DNA of 63,464 nucleotides, the filler included, from Sphacelaria rigidula (Eukaryota), in NCBI GenBank assembly GCA_964200075.2. It is 5 parts of 5 records of this genome, joined end to end, with 100 filler letters (N's around TTAATTAATTAA, not from the genome) between each part and the next. Parts side by side here need not be neighbours in the genome. Positions count along the whole stretch, not along the records: positions 25,430 to 38,042 come from CAXNAA020003569.1; positions 38,143 to 50,753 come from CAXNAA020003571.1; 3 more parts are not named here. One strand, given 5' to 3'. The notes below the pieces were generated by a model. It did not search any database, was not told where the DNA came from, and saw only the letters and a program-made list of their open reading frames with translations. The position numbers were made by a program, and so were the translations under genes. Below, piece after piece: positions 25,914 through 39,528 of this stretch (its first letter is position 1; every line of letters starts with the position of its first letter).

Positions 25914-28900
25914 CTCGTTTACGGGTGGAGGGTGTACGACTACGTGGCCTATCAGAAGTATCGCTTCAGCGTGCGTCAGCATCGGTGGATGAATCGGAAT
26001 GAAACGCTAGACGAATCCATCGCAGAGCCCATGCAAACGTTGGATCTGCTTTGTTTCAGCTCACAGGTAAGTGGAACCCTGGCGTGAAGGAAAAATCCTC
26101 GAGATTCATCATAGTAGGCAACATACCGTGTTTCTATGGAGCGAAGGTCTGTTCCCATTGCCTGTTCTACGATAGCACAACGAAGTTGCAAGAGGTATTC
26201 AGCTGTTATGGGAGCCTTGCATTATCGTGCTACCTCCGTCTGAGATTTCCGTCGGAGAAATGGATGTCGCAGACAAGTAAACATCTAGGATACCAGATAC
26301 ATGGGGGGTATCCACCTGGGATGTGGATATCCCTCTAAAATACTCATCTAAGAGATGAACGTCCATCTGAGATGTGGACGTCTATTTGGAATATCCACGC
26401 CCCGCCGGACGGCCATATCTCAGATGGATACCCCAAATGGATATTCTAGATGAACGTTGAGGTGGATCTAACATCCCAGATGGGAGTCCATATCCCAGAT
26501 GAACGTCGCGCGAAAATTCAATTTAATGTTTTTTCGTCGTTCTTTCACTCACCACCCATTACTTAGGACACGTCTGTAGTCTCAATGACCAAGATACCTC
26601 TCCACGGGTACCCGTCTTGAAATACATCGTGAAGCGTCGACTGATGACCATCGGCACTCCCGCAGTCCGCCAACTCTCATCGAATGCTTCGTTGACTCAC
26701 ATCATTGCGCATGCCGCGATGAAAACGAGCGCAGTACACTAACACTGTCGGGATTCAAACCCATCACACCACCCGACCTGGCCGATGATAAACCAGTGTG
26801 ACCACCGGGGCGCGGTACTAATGCTGTACGGTATGACATGATGCCTAGGCACTTCCGGTGTCTCCAGCCAAACTATCAAGTCTTCGGGAGATTCTCGTAC
26901 ACTTCACAACATCGAGCGCATTATATAATAGCATCGGACGATGAATAATGACTATGCATGGCTTTTAAGAGGCGACCAAGGCGGTCAAACTATGAAGAAA
27001 TATCAGCGGCAAAGGAAGCCTTCTGTGCCCTGCTTTGCCTGTCTCACAACTGCCGCTGCTCCCCGGTGGTGTAATGGTCCGACTGTCACGATTAGGGTGG
27101 AGAGAACGAGGGTTCGATCCCCGATGCGTTGGGGTTTTCTTCGAAGTATCTGATTTCCACCGTCGAAAGCGTTGCCACGTGAACAAACAAAAATGTAGTT
27201 GACCGAGTTTGCTTGATGAGAATTGACGCCGTGCGGGAGTGCTGACCCAACCAACGAGACCAAAATACAAGGCGTATACCGGGTAAAGATGGGTTGATCC
27301 CTTGAGACCACGGGCTCGTCCCAATGAAGGGGGGGGGGGTTCAAAATGCGACGAGAAAGAAACAAAACATAACGCTCGCATTCTGAGATTGACGAACATA
27401 CCGCACGGCACATGAAGACTCTTGATATTCTGTGCTGGAACGGTCATTGCTAGGTCGATACAATGTCCATTTATGCTGCTCGTCACACACTGCGACAACA
27501 CGAAAGTCAAGGTTTGACAAAACCCAACGATATAACCGATGCCTAATTGCGAGCCGTGCCCGCTGTCCGGCAGAGTGGCACACGACGGCGCGAACGTGGC
27601 TGATCCTTTGCCTTATGCACTGCCCTTGTGAAAATCTTACTCTCTTTCAGTTCTATTTTGTCAACGCCCTGTTCGCACTGGGCATGGTGTTTGGCCTGCT
27701 TGGGCTTACGATCTTTTTGCGGTGGGAGTACAACCTCTTCGGGGATCCGGTGGGACCTTTGATTTTCGCCGTCATGTTCCTGTTTGGAGACCTCCTGCAA
27801 AAGCTACTCCGCTGGCTGGCGGACATACAGGTAATGGTACATTGTACTCTCAATATGCTCCGTCGGTCTCCAAATGCGGTCAGGATTACGTAGGATACAA
27901 GTACTAAAGTCGCACTTGGGAGTTTCTGTACTTCAGGCACGCTGAAATTCTGGGACCGTTTGGTAGCCGAAACCCTGGGCATTATCAAAATATCAGTATT
28001 TTCGGCAGTGGATACTCTGGGGTGGCTTGGAAACCAAGGGTTATCGGCCGTCGATCCCAAGGTATGTATACTCCGGAGTAGTCGGTTCTACGAATATTTT
28101 GAAACCCGAGGGTATTGGGGTGCGGTTCCCTACTATCACGACCTTGAAAGGCACGTTTGACCGAGTGTTCTCCATGCACTACCGTTTAGGCGGCGCGACT
28201 CCTTCAGCTTTCAATAAATCATCGGTTCGTCTATGCCAAGGACGGATTGGCGGCGAGGCTGTAGACAAAATGGGGATGGAATTATATCACAATCGGGAAT
28301 GAAATGGTACAATCTCGCGGAGGAGAGACGAGGACATCCTTGAAAAGACTACCACAGTACTTCGTGCATGTGTATGCTAAGAGCTTTTGCACATGTGTGT
28401 GCTATACGTGAAGAACTAAATTTTTCCTGGACGATTGTAAAGTAGATACACCGCGGAACATGGGCGTATGGTTTGCTTCTGAATTAATAGCAGGCGGCGA
28501 GCTATGCAGGTACGCTCGTCATGAATAACCCCCCTGCTCCCCCCGCTGGTGAACGTCAGTGCTGATGTTTGTACACTCACGCCAAGAACCCCTGTGAACT
28601 CACGTACCGGCGCTGAAATGTGGATTTAAACTGGATTTCACATTCGTTATAGTACTCGATTTTCATCTGGTTAGGTCAAGAGAATGGGTTGGCGCGGTAT
28701 CTGGATGACCAAGAATATCGAAGGCACGGTGGACGACGATATCGCGGCTAAGCTTGCTATCGGAGAAGGCCGTCAGGTGAACGCTCCTCCAGATAAAAAT
28801 GTGGATAGGTTATGCGACTTTCGGGAGGAATGGTATTCGATAATTCTGGGGATGCCGATGTTCATCCGCCAACATATGGGGCATTCCCTCAGGCTTACTA

Positions 28901-31900
28901 TAGGCATGAGCTCACTCTTGCCTGGGTGCGCGTCGAAGCTTCAGACATAAAGTCTGGTGCATGTACATAGCTGTGCAAGCAGCAGTTTTCGTACTTTCGT
29001 ATCGCGCAACTTAACTACAAAATCGCTCTCTTAACTTGCTAATGACGGGTCTATCTGCCAGTATTCCTGGTTCGTTCGCAACATCATCATACTTGCGCTG
29101 ACCTAGGTGTGCTGTTGCAAAAAGGTGGCGATGTTATGGTCACGGTTACATTGCATGCATGTCAACTCGCGAAGCGGACGCCAACGAAAATAATCCATTC
29201 CTTTCTCGAATATATCACTTTCACCACCTTCAGGCGAACTTGGAGCAAGAACGCCTAGAACTACAGGCTCTCAACAGCGAACGATTCCGCCATCGATTCC
29301 TGGAGCGTAACCGCCCATGGCTACTACAACACCTCACAGATTTGCTCACGCCCAGGACTATGCAAAACACAGGGCCAGATGGGTGAGACTTTCTTGTGCA
29401 TTCTAACACAAAAAAGCTCCTGAGATGTATTTCAGGCACTAGAACGAAGAAGAGGAACGAGACCATCGTTTGAGTGGGCAGAGAATCGCCTAGGTGCGTC
29501 CGAGCGAAACAGCTAGACGTGAACCACGTAAATCCCAACACACAGGAAAGCTCGTCTGGCGACGCCGATTCTATAGGCTCTTTTTTCTGAACATTGAGGA
29601 ATATTTCGGTCATTTCGTATAAACCATTTTCCGCATTTCTTTCGATGGAGGAAAATACGCGGCTAGTTTGATCAATGTGTTTGGCGTTGCATGAACACAG
29701 GCGTCCCACTGTTGAGTACATTCGGGATGTGTATGCGGAGCTCATGGCAATGGGGGAGGGGGCGAGGAGACCAGGAGATCGCAGCGACATATCTTCAGAC
29801 GAAGAGGACGAACTCGAGGTTAGTCCGTGTGCTCGAAATTTAGTACGTGCGCACGTTCTCCGCATCACCATTTTCCCCCGCACATTCAGTATTCAAGGTC
29901 GAGTTGCGCACGTCATATCCCACGAAACGGTGGGTTTATAAATAAACGAGAGAATCACAAAGGACGTTGTGTCCGCCCGTCAAAGCTCGCTAGATTCCTC
30001 CGTGACGACCACCGCTTCGCCATCGATACGGCATATACTTTAGTTCAGCGTGATTAGCCCGCTCTACGCAGTCCGGTTTGACAAATGATAGTGGAACGCG
30101 TCTTAGCAGTGCTGGGTGTAGTGGTCGCGGTACCAAACAGATGGGTGGGATGTGCGCGAGATCACCCGTTCAGGTGCTTTACCTCGTGCCGTGTTTCCAA
30201 CTCTTGCGCAAATTTCGTGACTGGGTATTGTGGACATCTCGACCGAATCGATGCGGATAGGCGGAATTATCGTGTCAACCTCAAGCAGCTGTTCTGCACA
30301 CGTCGAACGAACGCGGTGCCTCGATCAGCCCCCTTTTTTATCATGTTGCCGACGGTGTTGTCTGAGGTACAGCAGTACATATCGTGTACCGTAGATCGCT
30401 GCTATTGTATTACAACTGAAAGGAACGGGTGCACCCCAAACCTACCTCAAGCACTCGCAACAGCCCTTCATGGGCGTCAAAATCCCGCCTTACGTCACTC
30501 ACGGCACTACCTTCAAATCCTCGCCCCGCCAACTATATTTACTAGGCCCTCCGCCGGGGTTGGCCACGCACCCCTCTTGTGGGAGCATCTCTCGCGATCG
30601 CTCGAATGTGGCTCGCGAAGGCCCGAAAACGGCGTTCGTTTTGGAAGCTGGTGGCAGGAATCGTCCAGAACAACCAAGCAGATACGTGCGCGATTTGCCA
30701 GTGTCAAGCCGGCCAGCAAGGCAGGACTCTGGCTGTTTCTCTGGCGCTAAACGGGAAGCTGGACGCATATGCCATCGACAGTATCATTGCGTCATTTGAG
30801 GTGAGGAACATCAAACCCGCATGACTTTACTCCCTTTTCCAAGGAGTTCGGATGAGTGTGCTCGTCATTGTCTATTAACAAATAGTGGTTATCTGGGCTT
30901 AACGATTGAGGTCATCACATCGTAGTTTTGACCACGGTGTCATACACAAACGCGAAGCCCGAGATCTATTCGGTGTGGGCGCATGCGATAGATGGCACCC
31001 TGGTGTGGCGAAAAAGTTGCGAACATCATCGCGTTCAGGGTAGAGCATTGCTGAATTAAAGATACGAACTTAGAGGGAGTTGAGGTGAGATCATCAACAG
31101 GATCGACGCAATCACGGCCGGTTTCGAGGGGGGAAATTGCCCGACATGAGCTGACACCCACCCACGGTTTCAAGGTCAAATCTGGCAGAAATCGAGATAA
31201 AAAAAAGCGTTGGCGCCTAGAGATTTCAACATTTACCTCGAAGCTGAAGTATAGGGTTAGTAAAAATATTATAAAATCTGCGTTCCATTTGGGGGGCGTG
31301 AAAGCCGACGGCAGCATGATCGCCGACTTCGAGATGGGCCTGTCTCTAACAATCGCACTCTTCTACGAGACTCTACAAGTACTGGTCGTTTTGCAGCCGA
31401 CGACGGGAAAACCGCGAGAGAAATGACAGTAAAACATCGTTGGCGGAACAAAGCCGGTCACTGCCCACATTTCCGCCGGAATAGTCAAGTGATTGCTCGA
31501 GCAGTTCAGAGGTGGGCGTGGGTCATACATGCTGTGAAATCATTGGTTGCTTGGGACAATCCCGACAGTACATAACACGAAAGAGTCGTTGTATAGTTAT
31601 GTCACGCCCATATACTTGTTTTACAGGGTTGAATGCCAGAAACCCAGAATTGCGACGCATGGGAAGAGTCATTGAGGGGTTTGAGGCGAAATCCTATGGC
31701 TACCGTACAGTGAAGAATGCCTACAACATCATATTGCGCTGCTCTCTTCCGTGTACTGATGAGCTCTGCGCCAAATAGACAGCACAAGTAAGCCGAATCT
31801 ACTCTACCCTCTCGAGTGGTCTGCTCGGTTTCCACGCTTGCCTGCAATTGTTGTGCGGGTGGGTAACAACAACCTTTTTTTTATGTCATCTTTTCTTTCC

Positions 31901-34900
31901 TCCAGGAGGTGTACGGCGTGGAGGAAAGAGAAGCAACTCTTTGGAAAGCATATTTCCGAGCCAACGCGGAGTACATAACACAGTGAGAAATGATTTTGTC
32001 CTGTACCGGATGTAAACGTTTTGTGTATCGAATCTACGGTACTTCTCCCTGCGGGCGTCTTTTTCCCGACAGTATTCTTCACGATTACCGTCTTGGTGTA
32101 GGGAGCTTTACTCCTCCACCGAACCTTCAAGTGTAGATACGTACAGCACCCAAATATGCTGCGTATGTCCTCCGGGCATTCACTGGACGAATAGAATATG
32201 ATATATTTCTGTTACGTTGAAAATACACAAGTTTCTCCCTTGTGCCTCGAGGGTTGCCCTGATACACTACGGAGTGTGACATGCTCATGCCGGATATAAA
32301 ATTTGGACATGCGATGCAGATCAGCTTGATACCGTCTTGCCTTAGAACGATTGCTTTGAGGGTACGAGCGTATCGCACGCACGGAGGTACAGTGCATCGT
32401 TAGTGACGGGGTGCGCAAATTGGCGTCTCTGGTATGATGGTGTACTGGTGCGGAATCGCGAATACTCTCTGTGCTATATCTACCACAGATGCTCAAGGTG
32501 CACTGATCGCTTGGAGCAAGAGCGGTTGAATCGCATGGCCAGAGCCCCGGGTGCAGGTCGCGCTACCCGTATGGACGACATGTCCTCGGACGAGGACGAT
32601 GTGAGTGCCACCAGAATCGAGTAATGCATGTGGCGTAGTCCGGGCATCATGGTACTAGAAATAGGCAGCAGTACCAGTCGTTCGACGCTCGCTCGAGCTA
32701 GAATTCAACCTTTAGCGTGTGGAGAGTAGGGATGATCTTTTCTGTGGTTTAAGCATGTCCAGATTATTCATAGCTGACTTCAGCACAATCATATGGACTG
32801 GGGACTATGAGAGGTACGCCGTGGCTGACGCTGCGATCTGCCGTCCCGATCAAGGATCGTTTTCTGTCGTTGTTGTCGAGGAAATGGTCGTGAGAACAGC
32901 GCCTCAGCTATCGTGATGGTTCTCAATGGCATGTGCGACACACAAGAACGGCTCGCACACGTTTACAACTTGATATTCTGTTCTCGTACAGGGCAAAAGC
33001 ATGAGTGATTTACCCCGCGCATGTACGCAAATCGCTTGCAATACTCGATGTGTAATTCCGTTGCGCCGTTGGCAAAATTATGAATGTCTTACACTTGTCG
33101 CTCGTCTTTGATTTTTCCCGATACTTGACAGGACGACGTCGTGTTCGACGCCATTGTAGTCACGCGGTCCAGCCCTGAGGGCAGAATGATGTCCAAGTGG
33201 CTTACCGCTGCTCGAATCAAGCTAGGAGGGGTGCACTTGTTCCCGAAGCCAGAGGCAAAGGCACAGATGGAAAGGTGCGCGTTGAAGATAGTGCAATAGG
33301 TATTCTTCAACCAAGTACTACGTGGCGGTATGATTGATTGAACCAACCTGCACGTATTTTTATCTGCTTCGTTAAATTGACAGGAACACCGTTCAATTAA
33401 CCAGAGTATGGAAGAATCAGAACTGCTCTGCTAGCTGACCAACAACTACTGAATGTGACTGACCCTAGCATTTGTCGAAAATTTGTTGATCATTTCCTGC
33501 GTACTCAAGCACTCGTTCAATGCGGTATGGGGAGACAGTTTTATACGGAGACGATGCACACCTTGTATGAGATTGGGTAAGGCTCTTCCGTCACTATCTT
33601 CAAGTATTGTATTTCAGCGTAAGCCAGTGAGATGGTATGCCACCAGACAAAGGGAATGACATACCCCAGGTTGACACGGAAACCCGCTTTTAATCAATGG
33701 TGTATCTCCCGGAAAATGGTTGACTCGAAGTTCGCCAAGAAACAAAGCATCGAAAGGATGAAGAAGACGAACATGATCCCGTAAAGCATGCACCTTCGTG
33801 ATTCCACGGCTGGCGCCCCAACAGATACGTGGAGCGACTCCGCAAGCGCAAATTGAGAGGGGGGAAACAGGACATCGCTGGTGCACAGGAGGACAACGCA
33901 CGCACTAAGGATTGGATCGTAGAGCTCACGGCGGCCTCCAAGGCTTTGGCCCTGCGCTGGGTACGAGCCGCTCGCGAGGGATTGGACGGTGAGAACATTT
34001 TGCACGTGCCATAACTGACCTTGAGGACCAACAAAATAACATATGACACTAGCAGCAGGCACAAGAGAAATGTCGTCTGGGTCTGCCGTCGCGACCACCG
34101 AGCAGCCACCGGTACCGTGCTATCCGATTAAGATGCCTGTGCCGTGAAACTGAGTCTCGTGCTGTTCCGCCTGTGCGTGTTGCCCCGCATGAACGTGAAC
34201 CATGATCAAATACTCATGGGAAGGTGGAACCGCAGATTGATCCTAGCGCGGCTTCCGCATTAGGTTTTCGCAGTGATCTTTCCGCTTCGTTTGGTAAATT
34301 CACGATCGACTCAGAAAGCGATGTTCGTATAGGTACGTTCGGGGTGCCTTTTGCATGCGTAGATCAAGTACAGAAAACAAAAGATTCAGATCGACGATAC
34401 TTGTAGCTCGGCTCGTAACTCTTGTTCATCAGATGTACGTACAAAATGAGGTGTGTATTTCGATAGATACACCGCTACAACTCCTGTTCCTTAGTCACTT
34501 CTCATCGCTCGAGAGAAAACTCCTGGAATGCTGCCTTCCTGGACACTCTGCTTCATTTTACGCCCGAATAAAGGCCTACGGATTTTGACACCTCAGAATG
34601 GCTTAATGTAGCCCTTTGAAGGGTTACAGTTCAGAACACTTGGATGTTTTCGGGTACACTTCCACGTAAATGGGATGTGTTGGCGAATAGCAGAGAAAAT
34701 CTCCCATTCGCTACAAGGTCAAACTATGTGCACCGAAACACCCGAACGGGTGTCAGAAATCCCTCGGATAGTAGATCAAGTCACCCTGAGGTGAAAGAAT
34801 CCGCCTAGATCTGTTCTCGGGCGAAAAAAAATGCAGAAGGATCGAAACGACAGTTTTCCGAGGGATGTCGTTTTCCGGACCATAAGACGGTCTCGGTCAC

Positions 34901-37270
34901 CCTTTTCTGTCGTGACACGCTACGAGGGAATCCGCTGGTATCATCATTGCCGGCGGGATTACAGATGAATTTCTAGCTCGCGGCATAAAAGCCGGAAGAG
35001 GATCTGTTGTCGACGACCGCACGCATGAGTACCCCAGCAACCCTGCGTCCTTGAGTTGGTTGTTGGTGTCGTGACGCCCTGCGTTTACCAACGTCCACCA
35101 TTTCCGTATTTGATGTCGTCGCAGGCAAGTTCCGAGCACGCGGGGAAAGTCTTCGAGAGGACCTGCACTCGACGGCCGCACTCATGCCGCCAGAACAGGA
35201 TTGGTTCTTTGGGGCAGAGCTTCGCCTAGAGGGGCAGGTACTTGAGAGAATCGACGCGGGAGAAGCGTTTCTGATAGCACCCGCACATCGCCGCGAATCC
35301 TACAACCATCGTCGTACTTTCCCTTCATTCCCATCAAACTTGAACTGTTTCGTCAGTTCGAACCTCAACCCGACAGAGCTAGTAGGAAGTGCACGTGGGT
35401 ACCTTTGTGCAGATGTAATGAGAGTCTACCTGTGTTTTCCTTTTTTTTGAGATAGACCATTTCATTCTGTACTTTGCATTTGTTGAGATGTTAAGCTTTT
35501 TTTTTTTTTCACGTCTTGGTCTGCTATGTCGTTCTGCTGGACTTTGTTCTGTCAATTCTTTTTCTTCAGCGAGTGTTTCAGTTTTCAGTTCTTTTTTCAT
35601 GTGACCACGACTGGATCCCTGGGGGGTCAGTTAAAGTGCGACAATCAATCAAGATCAAATCAAAACTTGTATTGCTAATGTCAAACTGGGTGTTGAATCA
35701 GATTCGTTCTGACTTTCGGTTTCGTAGCGGTTGATCTCCGTCCTTCTTCACATTCCATTTCAAGGTTTTGAGCTTTCATGCGCGTGAATCTTTGCGTGAG
35801 CGTGTGTGGCGAGAATGATTGCAACGAATAATACATTAGTACCTTGATCCGTATCATGGCCATGCATGGCGCGATGAAGCGAATACGCCTCCACCACATG
35901 TCAGCGCTCACGTGCCGCTACTACCCCGAGGCGATGACGCAACGTCTTCACTACCGTAGTCGCCACATGGATCGGGTACCCAGACTCGTTTCTGGCGGAA
36001 CGTGTGTTGCCCCTCCATCTCATAAGACTGATTAGGGTATAAAACGAGAGGGTTCTGGTACTCGATAGAATGGGGTTGTGTGAGATGTCAAAAAAATCCT
36101 GATCAACGCTAATGAAGTACGCAAAGTGTTGCTCGTTTGTGGAGTCCCGTGGAGTGTGCGGTCTCAATTTATCCCACGCCTACAGCGGACAAGGAACATG
36201 CAGCTCTCGTGCTGAACGCGACATACCGGTTGCTCTCCTCCCACGTCCCCTCACCATTTGCTGCGGGATGAGCGGAGCAGCTAGACTTGGATAAATTTTG
36301 TTTCCCCGGCGTCAGTATGTGCATTAGTTTGGCCCATGGAGATAAATTGCAGGATGACATATGCTGCTGTCATGGGTGTGAGGACTACTTCATTTTCGTG
36401 CGACTGCATACGTCACTCACGAGCCTGCGTACTAGGTGGGGTGTAGCGAATGTGCATACCGTGTGTACGGCATGCCTTGAACGATTCTACAGCGACACGC
36501 TGCTTTTACATGCGCGCAAAACACAGGGACTGATGGAAACGGGTCAAGTGATCGAGGACGACCGCCGGGCGCAGGAGGCGGAGGGTGCCGTGAAGATTCG
36601 GAAGATGGAGGTGGACTTCGAACAATTTGAGGTGAACGTCGTGGAAAACATCGGAGGCGTCCACGTGCCGACACGATTGTGGAACACACAAAGGGAGAAG
36701 CTGTCATCATTTGATGATCCGTTTCCGTGTGGACTGATTCTGATTTGACTGTCGTTCGAGGAAAATTTCATGTTCCGGGCTGGTAGAGGTGGATTCCAAC
36801 GGCGAGGGTGTGGAATTCGATACCTCCGAACCATGCAGTAGCCCGGATTACTTCGGGAAAGACATTCCTACTGGGGACGAGATATTTAAACGGACTCCGA
36901 TCAGAAGATCAGAGTTGGCTCACCCTCGAGTCAACATGAAACCCCAAGTGTGGCGCACTGTGTCTTTTGTTTCCCTTTGTACCCGTCCAACGCATCCCTT
37001 CCTCGGGATGGCTCTCTGTGGCTTCAAGACACTAACCTATCTCTTCCCCGGTATATGTATTCGCCTTGCAATTTGACATCACGAATATCCGGCTCTCTCA
37101 AAATTCAGGGATCTACTCGTGCTGACATGGAAAAAGACCGCAAAGCTTTCGAGAACAAGATCAACGTGGAGGCCGAAGCTGTCAACATCGAGGTCGAGCT
37201 CCGAACGCGGGAGCTGCTGCGACTTAGGGACGAGAAACAAGAGGCCCAAGAAGCTGAGGAGAGAAGGCGA
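25914..37270 (+). CDS. Large multi-pass membrane protein with Cys-pair and coiled-coil C-terminal region (partial: 5' missing, 3' end unresolved)
   Basis: 13 phase-consistent exons: 25914-26066, 27651-27830, 28675-28776, 29234-29382, 29701-29818, 30546-30800, 31906-31982, 32489-32600, 33132-33274, 33825-33988, 35125-35237, 36527-36631 and 37109-about 37270. Protein includes GWRVYDYVAYQKYRF, LDESIAEPMQTLDLLCFSSQFYF, two hydrophobic helices, SERFRHRFLERNRPWLLQHL..LLTPRT, CAIC...CSRC. Confidence 0.85.
26745..26813 (-). mobile_element. Degenerate tRNA-like head (SINE fragment or tRNA pseudogene)
   Basis: Minus strand GCGCCCCGGTGGTCACACTGG...GGGTTTGAATCCC has the same GCCCCGGTGG start as the SINEs. 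No clean cloverleaf. Confidence 0.4.
27058..27370 (+). mobile_element. tRNA-derived SINE family B
   Basis: CCCCGGTGGTGTAATGG...GGTTCGATCCCC, with a body collinear with the 23012 and 45861 copies. Confidence 0.85.
27877..28144. mobile_element. Possible degenerate MITE
   Basis: Imperfect inverted ends GGTCAGGATTACGTAGG / CCTACTATCACGACC and repeated ACCC.GGG/TACTC.GG motifs. Confidence 0.35.
34580..34762. mobile_element. Small MITE-like element
   Basis: Inverted ends GGATTTTGACACC / GGTGTCAGAAATCC. Confidence 0.45.
35420..35665 (+). mobile_element. Probable LINE 3' tail (T-rich region + GACCACG..ATCCC..GTGCGAC(AATC)n)
   Basis: The same structure recurs at about 40960-41245 and about 49690-49870, with a short minus-strand trace at about 24372-24402. 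A simple-repeat 3' end with variable 5' truncation fits non-LTR retroelements (inference). Confidence 0.6.
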
Positions 37271-38042
37271 GTACCGCAGAAACCGATGAAAGGAAAGAAA
37301 GGTATTCAGAAACACTTGCTTGTGAATGAATCATTGGTCATCGTCTATTCATTGTTCCCCCTACGAACCCAGACATGACCAAACAAATGTGCCCAAGGTT
37401 TTCACACAAAGGCATCTCGCGATGAAACTCGAGGAAGCAGGATGGCGACAAAGAAACGGGAGCAACAAACATACCGCACAGAGACAGTAGAAAGGAATGC
37501 GCAAAGAAAAAAAGAGCATATCAGGTTGAGATCTAGTACCGCCCCCGAGAAGAACCCCGACAGGCTCCTGCCGAATGACTGCATGTAGGGGAGACGCATA
37601 ACATTTCAAGGGTGTGGAAGAGGGTTGTGATCCAGCTATCCGAGGACGACATATTTGTGTCAGGAACTCTATCCCGTCGGCTCTGCGTAAACTATCACAA
37701 ACATTTATAGTACTTGGAAAGAATAGAGGAGAATGAAAGAAAGAAAGGAAGAGAGGGAGAGGGAGAGACCAGAGAAGAAAAAATATAGCGGGAAACAGAA
37801 CGAGGGCAGAATGCAAGTGAGGGGAAGAACATACTGAACTCAGGAATAAGGTGAAACATGCGTAAAAAGAGGAAGGGAACATTGCTATGGTTGCAAGCTG
37901 AGAAAAAGAGTAAACTACGAATGAATAAGAAAGGACTATTCATTCCCGTGTAAACCTCTCCCCCCCCGCGCGCTATCACCCCCTCCATGTCAAATCCACA
38001 TGGAGGTTGGGGTCTCGTGGTGAGATACCTGTAAAACCTTAC

Positions 38043-38142
38043 NNNNNNNNNNNNNNNNNNNNNNNNNNNNNNNNNNNNNNNNNNNNTTAATTAATTAANN
38101 NNNNNNNNNNNNNNNNNNNNNNNNNNNNNNNNNNNNNNNNNN
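38043..38142. other. Artificial contig spacer
   Basis: 44N-TTAATTAATTAA-44N. Confidence 0.98.
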
Positions 38143-38420
38143 GGAGCGATCTGGGTTTTTTTCTCACACCATGCCCAACAGTGGAGAGTAACTGTGTCAC
38201 CGGTACACAAAATTCGACTTAACGGTCGACGAGGGAAAGGGAGTGCTGAACGCCTCACGCGATAAAAAATAAAAAGGCAAGTACCGCTGAAGGAAGGTGG
38301 GGTAAAAAATATATATATATATTGTGTTGACCTTCCTCCTATGTGACCTCGGCTGGTGCGCCCACATATACCGAAAGATGTAGACCGGCGTCCAGAACAG
38401 ATGGGACGACAACACACACA
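38143..38420 (+). mobile_element. SINE family A, cut by contig start
   Basis: Body and (CA)n tail collinear with the other family A copies. Confidence 0.85.
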
Positions 38421-39528
38421 GCTAGTGTATCATGTTACGCGTCGTCAGTAAGACTTATACCGCATCACCAACCATCACCAATCGGAAACAACACACCAAC
38501 CATCGTTCTTGCCGCTTCAATGGCAAAGAGCCAGCGTGCACAAACTCACGCGCTTCCACCACGCTAAACCAAACCAGACGGGAACTTTCCTCCCCGTCCA
38601 CACACACACACACCCCTCCTTTCCAGAGGTTGCGAAAGCTGCTGCGCCTGGGATTATTGGATTGCCGTACACAGCACTGCAGTTGAGTGGAGTCGCTACT
38701 GTACTGTAGTCGATACCCCTATCCCACGTTGTAGGGTGCGAGGTGTAAGATGTGCTACCGTGTGTTCGGAGAACTAATTTTATCGGATGCGGCCATTTGC
38801 GCATGTTTGTTGCACAACGGCATCAACAAGCTGGTCCGGCTCACCTCTAACGGGGCTTGCGGTACCGGCGCGCGGCGCAAGTACGAACGTATCCCCAACA
38901 TAGACAGTTCCTTGTAACACAATGACAGATAGCCACCAAGCCATTGAGATCGCTCCGCGTGGTCGCACACCCATGCCTAGCTGGAGAACGGCCGAGATGT
39001 TCAGTGCCGCGCTTCAACTCGTGACAGGTTGTACACCGTCTGTCCTGTCCGTAGTATGATCTAATCGAGACCCCGTACCGGCTTCCTTTCCTGTGTGCCT
39101 GTCTCCAATTCCACACGGCTGCCGTCTCCTTCCAGAGAGCAGCAGCGCAGCGATACGAGAACTATGCACACAGCAAAGCAATAAAGTACCGCAGTGTACT
39201 ACTTTGCAGCACACTACTGTCTCTGTACTGTACTTGATGTTGCGCTCTGGATCAAGGACAGGTGCATGGACGCGGGACCCACAGGTTGTATGACTCATAC
39301 ATGTCATGCATATACTTAGAACATGACACATAGGTCAAAGCGAGTAATGGCACCGTACCACGCTTGACGACTGTACTGTGACTCAACACACCCTTCAAAG
39401 GAACCAAGCAGCGCTGCCCGGCAGCGCATTGTTGGGCTACTAACCTATTACCAGGTACACTATCCAAATATCCGAGAAGAAGCATCATTTGAATACTGTG
39501 GGCTTCCGCGCTAGTTTTAGACGAAAGG

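Noticed and set aside
25627..26191. Minus-strand ORFs suggesting a nested gene or pseudogene
   Set aside because: They are antisense shadows of the well-supported + strand exon 25914-26066 and have no recognisable homology.
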